A stretch of DNA of 64,000 nucleotides from Sphyrna mokarran (GCA_024679065.1 JAGIQG010000004.1:54746001-54810000), one strand, 5' to 3'. Shown: positions 25,138-38,790, counted from the stretch's first letter. Numbers and translations are program-made. The notes: a model not told the origin generated them from the letters alone.

Positions 25138-25734
25138 GTAAGTGACTGAAATTACCGGGAACATCAAGCACTTTGTTTTGCCATTGTTTTATTGTGCTGC
25201 CTTTGATATTGTAAAACTCTGTGCAAAACAGTTGACTACGCAGCGGAATGTGAGATTTTATCTGCTGTGTTCTTTCATACTGCTGGAAATACTCAGCAAT
25301 TCAGGACACGTCTGCAGAGAGGCAAAGTTAAAATCTCAGATTTAAAAATTTTTTGAGTAAAATGTTATCTGATTCAGCTCAAAATGTAATTTTTACGTCA
25401 GGTTTCTCAGCCCGAGGTTGGCCCACATAATCTCCATTCTCCAGACGGAGGAAACAACCTCGCCAAATCTATCCTGAGAAGCACATTCACAATCTTGAAT
25501 TTTCCAATGACATCACTTCATTTTAATTTTTTTCATTCTTCGCCTGCATGAGCTTCCATAAATTTATATAACCTTGCTTTTATTACCGGTTTCGGACTGA
25601 TTTTCTCTTGCGGACGCTGTTATCTGATCTATTCTTACCAGCATAAGGGAAAGCAATGAGGATATGATTCGAATCTCATTCCTTACTCTGAACATTTCTC
25701 CACCAATCTGATTTTCTCCATGTTCTATTCGCAG

Positions 25735-26046
25735 CTGCACCAATTCCGTTAAAGATTTCCGCTAAGCATCTGACAAGCAATTCAACTGCGTTCCTGAATC
25801 TTGTGTGTCAGACAGCTGGGTTTTATCCGGGTGATTTGACTCTCCTTTGGTATAAAAATGGCATCAACATCGCAACGGTAGGAAATCCGATCAAACAGCA
25901 GAACGCAGAAGGACTGTATGAAGTTTCCAGCTCTTTTGACGAGACGCAGTCTGTGCAGAAAGAAACTGTTTATATCTGCTTGGTAACTCACATCTCTCTC
26001 CGAACTCCCGCCATTGCCATTCACATAGTTAACAACTCCTGCCCAG
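25735..26046 (+). CDS. Gene A exon 3: C1-set Ig domain
   Basis: Acceptor ttcgcag|, donor G|GTATGA, 312 nt. Reads LVCQTAGFYPGDLTLLWYKNG..YICLVTHISL, with the C1 hallmarks FYP, W and CxVxH. Confidence 0.93.
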
Positions 26047-27128
26047 GTATGAGTTCGAAAGGCCAAGAAGTGTAGTTAGCAGTTTTTAAATATCAGAAAA
26101 GGTATCCGTTAGAGATTATTGACATCACTAATCATGAAGATAGTTTTAAAATAAAATACCTATTATTAGCCATTGAGTTACTTCTTATTTTATTTTTCCA
26201 ATGTTGTTTTTCTTACCCGATTTTTTAGAAAATGAAGCGTCAGTTTGTTTTATTGGACTCATGCGAAAGTGACATTACGGATCGAAATTATCTTTCTGCG
26301 GAAGCAGGGCCAATAGAAGTTAACTCTGTTTCTCTTCATAGATGCTGCCAGACCAACAGTATTTTCTGTTTTTATTTTACTTCATGCAGTGTTTTAGAGC
26401 AGGGAGGCATTTCATAAAATGCATTTCGACTTTCGCTGTGATTTGCTTCCGTTAAATATAACTGAAACTCATCTGATTAATGATAACTATTTCTGCTTAA
26501 TTAATAAACAGCCGAAATTTAATTTGGGGGTGAAAATTAAGCATTACTTTGACAGCGATCTCTTTTCTAATGCAATGACCGTCTGTAGTTAATAATTTAT
26601 TTTGTTGAATTGGAAAAAGAGCTACTCTACCAGGCTGGCAATTCCAAGTCTCAGTAATTTGCCGCGAATTAATCAAATAAGAGTGGAAGAAGCAAAGAAA
26701 ATTGAAGTTACAAAAACGTCCTTCTGTCAGACGCAATGTTAATCCTTTCACGCCAATGTTTAGAACATCCGAAATTGGTAATCTCCCTGGCAGATAATCA
26801 TGACATTGTGCCACTCTGTGAAAGTAAGTTACTTTTACTTGCAGCTTATAATGGTAAATGCCTTGGCGCTTGGAGATATGGAATATTTAGTTAGAACTGC
26901 TGTATGTAAAATGATTCGGAGATAAAAATGATCCGGTTGTTCATTTGTAGTTTTTCCACGTCAGGTCTAGAAAAATGACTTAAGGTTATTTTTAAACGTC
27001 CTTCTCATAAGGTTGTACATAGCTGCTGTAAATATGAGCAGTAGTTTACCCAATCGACTGTCATGACAGCTAAGGATCGGTAATGCAGAAACACATTAAA
27101 ACACATAACCAACTATTTTTTCTTGCAG

Positions 27129-27239
27129 GTTCTGATGGTGGATGTCATTATCTCTGGATTTCTAGGTGTGTGATGGCTGGATTGGTGTTTCTGATGCTTA
27201 TAACCATCACTGGGGCGAAACTGATTTCGAAGAATAAAG
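27129..27239 (+). CDS. Gene A exon 4: connecting peptide and transmembrane (GSDGGCHYLWISRCVMAGLVFLMLITITGAKLISKNK)
   Basis: Acceptor tttttcttgcag|, donor G|GTAACA, phase 1/1. Hydrophobic stretch followed by basic residues; aligns with gene B exon 4. Confidence 0.85.
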
Positions 27240-28303
27240 GTAACACATAATTTTCATTCTGGCATAAATCTGCAGGACACCCTCACGTAAACCGACATGT
27301 CTCTAGAATGCAAAAGGAGGATTTTCAGTCCACCCAGACTTCATTGATTCGCTGAATGTCCTTTCTATCAAACCCCACTCCGCCGCTTTTCTCCGTAATT
27401 TTGCATATTATTTCTTTTAAGATAGCATTCGAATTCCCGCTCGAATACGTCGACCGAAATTCGTTTCAGGCTTCAACCACCCTTTGGGTGTACAAAATCC
27501 TCATGTTAATTTCTATTGCTTTGCCTAATATTTTGAAACTGTGCCCTATACTTTTTGGATGTACCTCCGAGAGCGAAGAGTTTCTCACTGGTTGCCTTGT
27601 CCATAGTCCTTAGGGCCTGGGATATCTTTATGAACTTTTCTCTCAGCCATCTAGTTTCCAAGGAAAACAGACCCAATTTAAGCAAACTATGCTCATATCT
27701 TGCTTCTTTAGAATTATTCTTGTGAATTTACTGAGCAGTTCCACACGATAACTATTCAATTAATGCTTATTTGAAGCAAAATAAAATATTTTGCTCCAAA
27801 TAAACATTAATTGAAAAGTTATAATAATATATAATAATTAAATTATATAAGCAAAATAAAATATTTTGCTCATAGTCCAGCTGAATTCAGAATGTTGTGA
27901 TGAAAGAATTGCCACAAATTGTAAAGAATCACATGATTCGGACAACATCAATGACGTTTTTAAGTAAAATGCTCTCAACGTCCTTTCCAGTCTGCTGTAC
28001 GCGAATGCTGATGAATTCATCAATGCGGATTTCACACGAAACCCGGAAAATTTAGTACCTCAAAATAACTTGATAGTAATCCTACTTGATCGGCCTCGAA
28101 ATGTGGATTGTTCACTTCAATGTAGAATGCAATTCTTTGTTATGGGATCGGAAGACGTTTCACATACTGGTCTACCTAAAAGTTTATTCCACACAAAGAA
28201 AGTAATCTCCGTGTATTATTAGTAAAATGATAATTTTAGTTTTGTTTTATCAATGATCTGTGTACTAGCATTCACAGTTACACACGTCATATTATATTTG
28301 TAG

Positions 28304-28404
28304 GGAAATGTCGTGCTTATATTACTGCAACAGTAGTTCAAAGATGTGGATTCGCAATGCCGATCAAATGGGGTAAAACTTGCAATAGGATTGTGAGAGC
28401 TTAA
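28304..28404 (+). CDS. Candidate gene A cytoplasmic/terminal exon (GKCRAYITATVVQRCGFAMPIKWGKTCNRIVRA*)
   Basis: atttgtag| acceptor in phase 1, open to TAA, at a position analogous to the gene B candidate exon at 55291. No ITIM. An alternative terminal acceptor exists at 29621 (GDEA*). Confidence 0.3.
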
Positions 28405-30459
28405 GTTCAGTTATATAACATTTGATCAGTAAAAGATTTGTCATTTGAGTGATTAGCTTAACATGTTAAGTATCGGTTTAATATACTTTGGAGCCGAAAA
28501 CTCGATTTATCACGATCAATCTGCGTGTGACTCCAATCCTACAACAGTATGACTAGCTCTTAACAGGCCTTTGATCTGGCCGTGCAAGCAGCTTACTTCT
28601 CTCCAACGAAAGATGAGAATAAATATCTGCGTCAGTGTTGCCCACGTTCAAAGAATAAATAAAACAAAATTCTGTAGTTTGACGTTTTTTTGCCTGCTTA
28701 GCATTCTTGTGCATTTTTTAAAAATGCTTCCTTTGCTGTTTAAAATAACAAATATATTCAGAGTGTCCACATAACTCAATACCCAATGAAACACCAATTT
28801 TGTGGCTCTTTAAAACAAACATTTTTCACAATAATATTGGTCCATTCTATACATTGGTTCCTGCTTGTTTAATCTATATCGTAGTATCTTGCCTTTGTGA
28901 TTTAATATCCAATGGCCTTTCCCATTACTGCTCTTCATTGACTGCTTTGCAGTCTGAATCCGGTGTCTCTTTGAATTCCATCCTAAGATGTTATCAACAT
29001 AATCAATTGCTAATTTTCTTCATGGTTGGAAAATTCTACTATTCTGTGCGCTGAATTCCCACGTCATATAAATTCCTTGGAAAGCAAAAGCATGCAAACT
29101 GACTGAATATCATGATCATGAAATGTACTTAAATTGCATTAATCCGGTTAGGTCAGAAAATGTAGCAATACTGGACCGTGAGCTGGTAAATTCTTCTAAT
29201 TTATCGAAGAAAAGATTTAATTTTCTATAAATGCTGTGGAAATGGAAATTGTTTACTACAACCAATTTCACAAAAGGTCTTTATCTCTCTTTCATGTCCG
29301 TTAAAATATTGTTTTGACGAACATTTGATACTTCTTGGATATAGGTGCAGGTGGTTAAAGAAATGCCGAAAATTACATTGGAAGTTTCATCAACACACAC
29401 AGCTATGTACTAATTACATACAATTATCGGTGCGTTGCTTTTGCAAGTTGGCATTGCATGTCGAAGATGTTGAGATGGACTCGAATTGTGCTCTATCTAT
29501 AACACTGCAGTGTATTGAAAATCGATAGAATGAAATGTCAGTTACAATAGGCACCCGAATTTCCATTAACGTTGACACATCAATATGTGTATTCACTGTG
29601 GTTGATGCATTTTTTTTTAGGTGATGAAGCATAACACGCTTGCGAGAGCATTGAGAAGGTTAATGTTGTAGCAATGCGCCGCTTGTGTTTTTGCTATATT
29701 AACAATTGTTGCGAAATATGTACCGCAGGGGCGGGTTTATAAAACTAAATAAAGAAAATGCTCATTAGTCATCTCGCTGCGGTAGTGTTTTCTTTAATTT
29801 AGATGTGAATGATTACAACATTAAAATGCATTTAGTGTTACTATCAATATAATGCCAGCAGTTCTGCTTACTTGCAGAAACAGACAATGTTTGGATTAAA
29901 CGGAAATTCTACACCATGTTTTCCATTGTAAACCTTTCTAATTCACGAACAAATGGAAGCTTCAGCCGGCTCGCTTTAAGACCATGAATTTTCCTAATCT
30001 TCTAATTTCTAATATAATGCTACATGTATGAGCATGTTCTTAAATATATTTTTAGGTTATTTCTTTATTTCTCTATACATATCTATTAGCATTTATCTGC
30101 TAAACTTGTGACATGTGCCTTTGTGTAACTCACTGAAATGTTGCAATGATGATGATCAAATTATAGGTAAGTAGGATTGCAAGTAACTGGGAGCACAACC
30201 ACTAGAAAGTTCCTTTTCAAGCCATTCACCATTTGGATTTAGAAATGCATCATCGTTTACTCTTGTCGCTAGGTCAACATCCTGAAACTCACTCCATTGC
30301 AGCTCTGCAGGCATGCTGAACCTGCAGTGCTTTCCTAGGATAGCTCATGGTCATCTCAGAAGTCGCTGGCGATGAGCAGTAAATGCTTGCCGAGAAAGAG
30401 ACATCCAAAGCCAAAATCAGATGCGTTTTGAAGTCTGCAATTAATATATGGAATCCCTA

Positions 30460-30890
30460 TTGTGCAGAAGGAGGCCAAACGGCCCATCAAGTCTGCTTCG
30501 ACTCTCCGACAGGGCATTCCACAGACAGTCACCCAAGGCCAGAATCAAATCTGGTCCCCGGACATTGTATTAACCACTGTGCCAGCGTTCCGCCTTTTCC
30601 CAAACGGCAAAAACAAAAATGTGACGGGGGACTGGGCGGCAAATTGGCACTGTGGTTAACATTGCTGTCGCTCCGAGCCAGGGAACAGGATTTGATTCCA
30701 GGCTTGGTGTCACTGTTTGCACGTTCTCCCGGTGAGTTTCCTCTGGGTACTCTGGTTTCTTCTCACAATCGGAAAGCTGTGCTGGTTAGGTATGGCTTAA
30801 TTCTTCCAACAGGCATCAGCGTGTGGCGACACCAGGATATTCACAGTAATTTCATTGCGGTGTCAATGTAAGACTATTGTGACTAATAAA
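30460..30890. mobile_element. HE1/V-SINE-like fragments (one minus, one plus)
   Basis: gtgcagaaggaggcc..cagtcacccaaggccagaatcaaat..taaccactgtgcc (minus), then gggcggc..tggcactgtggttaac..gttctcccc..ggtttc (plus). Confidence 0.65.
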
Positions 30891-31199
30891 TTATCTTTCC
30901 TTTTTAAACTTGTGGGAGGAAAGTGGTGCACCCAGAAGAATTCCACACAGATAGAGGGAACTCCACACATACAGTCACTCCCAAGTCCGGAAATGAAACG
31001 GGTCCCTGGCGCTGCGAGACAGCAGAAACATTACATAGAAACGAGAAGCAGGAACAGGCTTTCGACCCTTCAAGCCTGCTTTGCCATTCATTGTGATCCT
31101 GACTGATCTTCAAATTCAATATCTTGATCCCAACTTTCCCCTGTACTCCTTGATCTGTTTAGCCCTAAGAGCTATATCTAATTTATTCCTGAAATTACA

Positions 31200-33780
31200 T
31201 ACGTTATTTGGTGTTTATTATAGACCCCCAGATAGTCAGCAGGAAATTGGAGAGCAAATATATGTGCAATTGTCAGAGAGGTTTAAAAATGATAAGAGAG
31301 CGATTATATTAGGTGATTTCAATTTTCCCAACATTAATTGGGATAACTACCATGATAAAGGCTTAGACGGAGCAGTTTTCTTAAAATATATTCAGGAAAA
31401 CTTCTTAGGTCAATATGTAAAGGATCCAACGGGAAGGAGCTATGTTGGACTTAACTCGGGGGAATGAAGCCAGACAAGTGGTCGATGAGCTGGTAGGAGA
31501 GCATTTTGGTGATTATGACCACAACATGATTCAATTCAAAGTTGTTATGGTCAAATAAAGTGACATGCTGCAGAAAAAGGTTTTCTTTTCGAGGAGAGTA
31601 GATTTTAACAGAATTAACAAGGATCTGGCAAAAGTAGATGGAAAAATATAAGAAGGGAAATGTACAGAAGATCAGTGGGGGGTATTCAAAGATGAAATGG
31701 GGTGCGGTACATACCCAATATGTTCCCTTATATGTTCCTGTATGTTTGTTATAGGAAAGTATAACAAATCCAGAGAACCACGAATGACCAGAGGCATTAA
31801 GAATATAATAAGAAGGAAAATACAGGTTTTAATAAATATAAGGGGAATAAGCTTGCGGAGGCACTAGTGGAGCATACAAGATGCAGGATACTCCTTAAAA
31901 AAGATCAATTACAAGAGCAAAGAGGGATATAAGAAAGCTCTGGCTGGTAAAAGGAGGGGAAATCCTATGATATTTTATAATGGAAAGAGATAACCATGGA
32001 AAGAGTAGTGCGCATTAGGGACCAAGGGGAAATCTGTGGATGGAACCGGGTGTTAAATGAATATTTCATATCTATTTTCACCCGCGAAAATAAGGATGTA
32101 GTGTTGGATCTCGGAGAGAAAGACACAGGCGTTAGAGAAAACAGGGAGGGACAAAGTATTGGATGTAACTGGAGTTATACAACTCCAGTTCCGGTTGAAT
32201 TGTGACTCAGGTTGCTGTGGGAGGCAAGGGAGGAAATTGCAGGGGCTCTGACCCAATTTTTTAATTCCTCCCTGGCCACCGAGCAGGTGCCAGAGCTCTG
32301 GAGAACAGCTAATGTGTTCCCACCATTTAAGAAAGTTTGCAGAGACAAGCCAGGAAACGATGAACTAGTAAGTCTTATGTCTGTGGTTGGGAAATTACTG
32401 GAGAAGATTCTGAAGGACAGAATCTACCTCTATTTGGAGAGGCAAGGTTTGATCAGAGGGAATCCAGCATGGATTTGTCAGAGAGAGGTCATGCTTAACT
32501 AATTTGCTTGTTTTTTTTTTGAGCATGTAACCAAGTGTGTGGTTGAGAATAGAACGGTTGATGTAGCTTGCATGGATCTCAGCAAAGCCTTTGATGAAGC
32601 CCCACGTGGGAGACTTTAAGAACACTAATGCACATGGGATACAGTGCGGTTTGACAAGGTGGATTCATAATTGATTTAGCGGTAGGAGATAGAGAGTGGT
32701 GACAGATGACTGCTTTAGTGACTAGAGGCAGCGATCAGTGGCGTTATATAGGGATCTGTGCTAGGCCCTATTGTTCGTAATTTATATAAATTACATAGAT
32801 GACTATGTAGGAAGTGGGATCAGTAAGCTTGCCAATGAAGCAAATATTGGTTGGATAATTAACAGAGTGTCTTGGGTGACATGATATATATATATAGTAT
32901 ATATATTTTTACATGAGATGGTCAAATGTGCTGTTAAGTGGTGGATGGAATTTGACCCTGAAAAGAGTGAGATGATGCACTTTGAACGGAGTAATTTGAC
33001 AAGGAAGCATGAGACGAAAGGTCCGACACTGGGAATTTTTGAAGAACAAAGGAACCTTGGAGTCTTTGTCCATAGATCTCTGAAGGTGGTAAGACAGGTT
33101 AATAGACTGATGTAAAAGATATATGACACACTGGCCTTTATCAGTTGGGGCATAGATTGGAAAATAGAGAGATCATGATAGAGTTGTATACAACTTTGGT
33201 GAGGCCACAGCTGTAGTACTGTATGCAGTTGAGGTGGTCATATTATAGGAAGGATGTAAATGTACTGGAGGGGGTGCAGAGGCAAATTACCAGAATGTTA
33301 CCTGGGATGGAACATTTATGTTATGAAGAGTGGTTGGATAAGCTTGAGTTGTTTTCGTTGGAACAGAGAAGACTGAGAAGCAACCAGATTGAGGTGCTCA
33401 AGATTTTGAGGGGCATGGACAGGGTAGGTATGGAGCAGCTGATCCCCTTAGTTGAAGAGTCAGCTAAGAGTGGACACAAGTTAAAAGTGAGGGATGGGAG
33501 ATTTAGGGGGGATTTGAGACAGAACTTTTTTTACTCAAAGAGTGGTGACTGTCTGGAAAGTACTGCCTAGAATGGTGGTGACGTGGGAGGCCTCACATGC
33601 TTTAACAAGTATGTGGATGTGTACTTGGCACGCCATAATATTCAAGGCTGTGGGCCAAATGCTGGCAAGTTGGATTAGGTGGGCAGGTAACTGCACTTCA
33701 TGCACCAGTGCAGATTCGATGGACCAAATGGCCACATCTGCGCTATAATATTCTGTGATTCTGTTACTCTGTGATTCTAC
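31200..33780 (+). mobile_element. Degenerate CR1 LINE (EN-RT-tail) inserted in the older CR1
   Basis: GVYYRPP, ILGDFNFPNINW, LWEAREEIAGAL, WMEFDPEKSEMMHF and TRMLPGM motifs, plus a (ctgtgatt)n-like tail. Confidence 0.9.
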
Positions 33781-34729
33781 GAATGACACAACATTTTGGT
33801 CTCAACTCGTTCTTGTGGTAGTGAATTCTATATATTCACCACTCTGCGCGAAGATAGTCTCCTCACCTCAGTTCTAAATGGTTTATCCTCAAACTATGAC
33901 CCCTAGTTCTGGACTAACCCACGACCACAGAAATTAGAAATCATAGAAGTCATAGAAATCACATTCTGTCTGAATCTACCCTATCTAACCCTGTTGGAAT
34001 CTTGAAGGTTTCAATGCGATGTTCTCTCACTCTTCTAAATTCCAATGAATTCACTCATAACCTACTTAGTCCCTCCTCACATGACAGACCTGCCATCCTA
34101 CTGATCAGCCTGGTAATATTTACTGTATTGCCTCGATAGCAAGGATATCTTTCCTTAAGTAAGGAAACCAATACTGTGGCCTCACCACACCATACACATT
34201 TGCATAAATAAATGAATTCTTATCTTGAAATCATCTCGCTATGGAGGCCAACATGCCATTTGACTTCTTTACTGCTTGCTGCACCTACACGAGGACACCA
34301 AGCTCTCATTGATCCACATCTCTCAATTTATACCCATTCATGTAACATTCTGTCTTCCTATTATTGCTAAAGTGAAAAAGCTTCACATTTATCCACATTA
34401 TACTGCATCTACCATATAGAAACCCATACAGTTAACCTGTCTAAATTGCGCTGAAGCATCTCTGCATTGTCCTCGTAGCTCATCCTCCTACCCAACTTTG
34501 TATTATCTTCAACTATGGGAATAATACATTCAGTTCACACTTTTAAATCAATAATACATGATAGGAATAGTTGGAACCTAGCAGAGATGCTTGTGGTGTC
34601 CCATTAGACACTGTCTGACAATCAGAAAAAGACCCACTAATGTCAATGTTTTGCTTCTTATATGCTAACAAGTTTTCAATCCATCTCAGGATGTTACCTG
34701 CAATATCCATGAGCTTTAACTTTATATTT

Positions 34730-35970
34730 GATTTGATTGATTTGATTTGATTTATTATTGTCACATATACTAACACACAGTGAAAAGTTTTGTTTCTTTC
34801 ACGCTATACAGACAAAAACATATCATTCACAGAAGGAAACGAGAGGGTATAGAATGTAGTGTTATACTTATACCTAGAAAAGATCAACTTAATGCAAAAT
34901 AAGCCCATTCAAAAGTTTGACAGCAGCAAGGAAGAAGCTGTTCTTGAGTCTCCGACTTTTGTATCTTTTTCCAGAAGGAAGAACGTGGAACAGAGAATGT
35001 CTGGAGTGCACGGGGTCCTTAATCATGCTGGCTGCTTTGCCAAGGCAACGGGAAGTATAGACAGATAAAATGGATAGGAAGCTAGTTTGCATGATGGATT
35101 GGGTTTTAATCATGATTTTTTGCAGTTTCTTGTGATTTTGGGCAAAGCAGGAGCCATACCAAGTTGTGATACAACCAGAAAGAATGCTTTCTATGGTGTA
35201 TTTGTAAAAGTTGGTGAAAGTTGTAACTGACATTCCAAATTTCCTTAATCTTCTGAGAAAGTAGAGGCGTTGGTGGGCTTTTTTTTAACTGTAGTATCGG
35301 CATGGGAGGGATCAGACTGGGTTGGTGGTGATCCGGACACCTAATAACTTGAAGCTCTGAACTCTTTCTGCTTCATCCTCGTTGATGTAGAAAGGGTTAA
35401 TTCTCCTTTAACAATCACAATCTCCTTCATTTTGACACTGAGGTGGAGATTATTGTTCCTGCACCAATTCACCAGATTCTCCAGCTCATTCCTATACTCT
35501 GTCTTGTCATTGTTTGAGATCTGACCCACTACAGTGGTGTTGTCAGCAAACTTGAAAATGGAATACAGTGGAATTTAGCCATACATCATAGATATATAAG
35601 GAATATAGTAGGGGCTGAGAACACAGCCTTGTGGGAAAAGAACAAAGCCAGTTGACCTTTTCTAGCTATAAGTGTTGAAGATGATCGTGGATGAAGTGCT
35701 GTTGCCCATCCTTACTGATTGTAGTCTGGTCTGTGATTTAGAAAGTTCAGGATCCAGTTGGAGAGGGAGGTGCAGAGACCCAGGCCACAGAGTTTCGAGG
35801 TGAGTTTCGTGTGAATAATGATCTTGAAGGCTGTGATATAATCAATAAACAGATGTTGACATAAGTATGCTTGCTATCTAGATGTTCCAGGTTTGAGTGC
35901 AGGGCCAGGAAAATGGTATCTGCTTTGGACCATCTGCAGCAGTGTGCAAACTGTAGTGGATCCAGGTAAT
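34730..35970 (-). mobile_element. Rex/Babar-like (CR1-clade relative) LINE fragment
   Basis: Minus-strand ORFs read LDPLQFAH..ADTIFLALHSNLEHLD, GQISNNDKTEYRNELENLVNWC and ESILSGCITTWYG..LPSGKRY..RLKNSFF. (tttga)n tail at ~34730. Confidence 0.8.
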
Positions 35971-37014
35971 CTGCTTTATGAGACAATGTCGAAAGCCTAC
36001 TGAAATTCTAAATAAGCCACATCCACTGGTTCTCTTCAATCAACTCTACGAACTACAACTTGAAGTATTCCAATTTTCCTTTTGTAAATCCACGCTGACT
36101 TAGCTATGCCAGGTGAAGGATATGTGAAGGGCTGAAACATGGATTTCTTGGAAAGATGTACAGAAATTTGAAGGGGCAAACACGTTCATGAACTTTGGAG
36201 AGACAAAGATGTTGGAAACGGGATAGTGGTTTCTGAAATGTAGGGAGGGAGGATTGATCATTTATGGAGACGGATTATGTCAGCCTATTTACATAGGCTC
36301 TATGTACATATTTCATATTTCTCTATATACATAGAGAACTGGCAACATTATCAGCTGAAAACAGATAGCAAGAATACAGGCTTGTGTTATCATCAGTGTA
36401 GTCAGAATAGAGTCAAGAATATAGGAGGTTGGCTTCATGATGAACTCGAAGGCAACAAGTGGAGGGGCTGGAAGGAAAGTGGAGATTAATGTGATTTTAG
36501 GGCTGTGGTGAAGGGTACGGTGGGGTATGCACTCCTTAGAGGTCATTTGCAGAAATAGGGGAGTGAATGCGACAGAGACAGCTGAGCAGATATTTTCAAG
36601 TTTAGTTCATGCAATCCCCTTACTTGTTGTAGGCGATGGTGTATGAGAGGAAATAAAGGTTTATGGAGACTGTTTTGCAGTAGACAAAGCGGTCAGATAA
36701 CATTGCATTTTGGGTGACTCACGAAAATAGAATCGTTTTAGTAGAATGCAGTAGGAACAGTTGGTTCTTTATGTGGCTCACAGAGATCAGGCGATCAACA
36801 AACAAACCAGTTTAGTTATATTGCTTTGTATTGATTTGATAATTATAATCCAGTTGCGATCAGAGAGTATTAAAAACCCATGTTATTTCATGCTAATAAG
36901 AGTTTGATACAGATATATTTGCATTGACAGCCGACCATCTAATTATATTGGTGCTGCGTAAAGTTTGGGCTGTATATCTAAAGATACGTATGCTTGCCAG
37001 CTCAAAAATAAAGT

Positions 37015-37577
37015 GGACCCTATTTTACCATTTTGATTCCAGGTGCTAGGCTTGAAACTGGGGATGTTTCAGATCCGACTTTTGAGACTGTTCCATACGC
37101 ACACTGCCTGCAAAAATATCAGCGAGCATTATTCTGCGAGTATCAAACTTATGGGTGGGCATTAATGCACCTAAACCAGACGTGCCCTTCCCCTCCCCCC
37201 CCCACCCGATCTCCACCTCTCAGTAGAGAGCAGCAGGACGCTTGACATCTATCCCCTCACTAACTGTAGCGCCCGAATTGGGCTTTCATGGAGCATGTCT
37301 GTTTGGCGCCGATTCTGGATGGGCGATAGAGGTGGTAAAAGGAGAGGTGCCGGTAGAGTTTGACGTGCTGCCCATTAAGTTGATTTAAATGTATGCATAC
37401 GCGTTTCAGTGCCTGTCGGGCCTATTTTGGGCACGGTCTTAATTGTGGCCATTTTCGCACCTTGGTTAAGGGGGGACTGGTGCACAAGCGGGTGCGGATC
37501 ATGCTACTTGCCTCACGCCCGACTTTACCAAGTTTTGCGCCTGAAACTGGATGCAATGTGATGGTAAAATCGAGCCC
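37015..37577. mobile_element. MITE with 16-bp terminal inverted repeats
   Basis: Left end ggaccctattttacca versus reverse complement of the right end gggctcgattttacca (13/16 match). GC-rich interior. Confidence 0.7.
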
Positions 37578-37599
37578 ATCGATTGAATAAAGCTATGTG

Positions 37600-38790
37600 G
37601 GTAGAACTTAGAAATAATAAAAAAGTGATATTGCTAGCTTTTTTTATGAACACCAGATAGTCAGTTGGAAACTGAGGAGCTAAAATGAGATCAATATGTA
37701 AATGCGAGTAAAAATAATAGCAAAAAGGTAATTATCGTAGGTGATTTCAACTTTCCCAACATTAACTGGGATAAACATTGCGTAAAGAATATGACTGGAT
37801 TTCTTGAAATGTGTAGAGGAGAACGTTAGACCAATAGAAGAGCGTCCAAAAAGGGAAGGAGCTGTGCTGGGCCGAATTCTGGAGAATGACGCTGAAAAGA
37901 TGTTTGAGATGGGGATGGGTGGTGGGGAGTGGTGAGGGGTGGAGGGATGCGCGGGGGGGGGGGGGGGGGGGGGGGAGGGGTGGAATCATTTTAGCGATAG
38001 TGACCATAACATGGTACAATTCACTCATGATATGGACAAAGAATCACACAACTTGCAAAAAATGTTTTTAGTTTGGGGAGAGCAGAGTTTAACGACATGA
38101 AGCAGAATCTTGCCAAAGTAGACAAGGAACAGCTACTATAAGAGAAATCTACAGAAGTGCACTCGGGTATTCAATAAGGACATAGAAGAGGGGAGGTAGT
38201 ACAAGTCCAACACGTTCATTCTAGAGTGATAAGAAAAAATAGCAACCCCAAAGAATCATTGATGACCAAACATATTCAGGAAAAGGAAAATAAATGCTTC
38301 GAGCAGGGAAAAGACCAAATTAGCAGAAACGAAGTATCAACGAAGTATTAGTGAAGAAGAGAACGTGCAGGGCAGACTATAAGAAAGCAATTAGAAAAGC
38401 TAAAAGTGAATATGTGAGGGCTTTGGTTTGTAAAAGTAGGGAAAATCCCAACACATTCTATAAATATATGAATGGGAAGAGGTTAACCAAGCAAAGAGTA
38501 GTGTCTGTTCCAGAGCAAGGGGCCCATCCATGTGTAGAGCAAGAAGATATTGGCAGAGAGTTCAAACGATACTTCACATCTGTCTTCACCAAGAGAATGA
38601 GGATGAAGGTATGGAGCACAGAGGGAAAGACTGTAAGGTTCTTGAGCAAATTGACACAGGGAAAACAAGGAACTGGAGGTATGACAGTTTAAATGGGTAC
38701 AAATTGCCAGATCCAGATGAATTGTGTCCCAGGCATTCGTGGCAGGCAAGAGAGGAGTATTCTGAGGTTCTGCTCCAATTACTGTCATGA
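37600..38790 (+). mobile_element. Degenerate CR1 LINE fragment (EN to linker)
   Basis: IIVGDFNFPNINW, SDHNMVQF, YKKAIRKAK..ENPNTFYKY, YFTSVFT motifs. Confidence 0.8.

Larger units (their letters stand above)
31030..36090 (-). mobile_element. Old minus-strand CR1 LINE split by two nested insertions
   Basis: 3' tail at 31030-31200. Continues at 33781-34720 and again at ~35975-36090 (antisense PVDVAYLEFQ*AFD). Confidence 0.7.

Noticed and set aside
25138-25200. Recombination signal sequence after the V exons (rearranging TCR/Ig locus)
   Set aside because: Both V exons end in a J-like strand followed immediately by a GT donor, with no CACAGTG-spacer-ACAAAAACC. Isolated CACAGTG heptamers (e.g. 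~7990, ~49019) lack a nonamer.
28304-28372. 'LYYC' in an alternative frame, suggesting another V-domain remnant
   Set aside because: No upstream DxG, Trp or first Cys, and no GxG strand. Likely chance.
37951-37980. Long poly-G run (also poly-C at ~18244 and ~50550)
   Set aside because: Simple homopolymers, mostly within decayed repeats, with no evidence of function.
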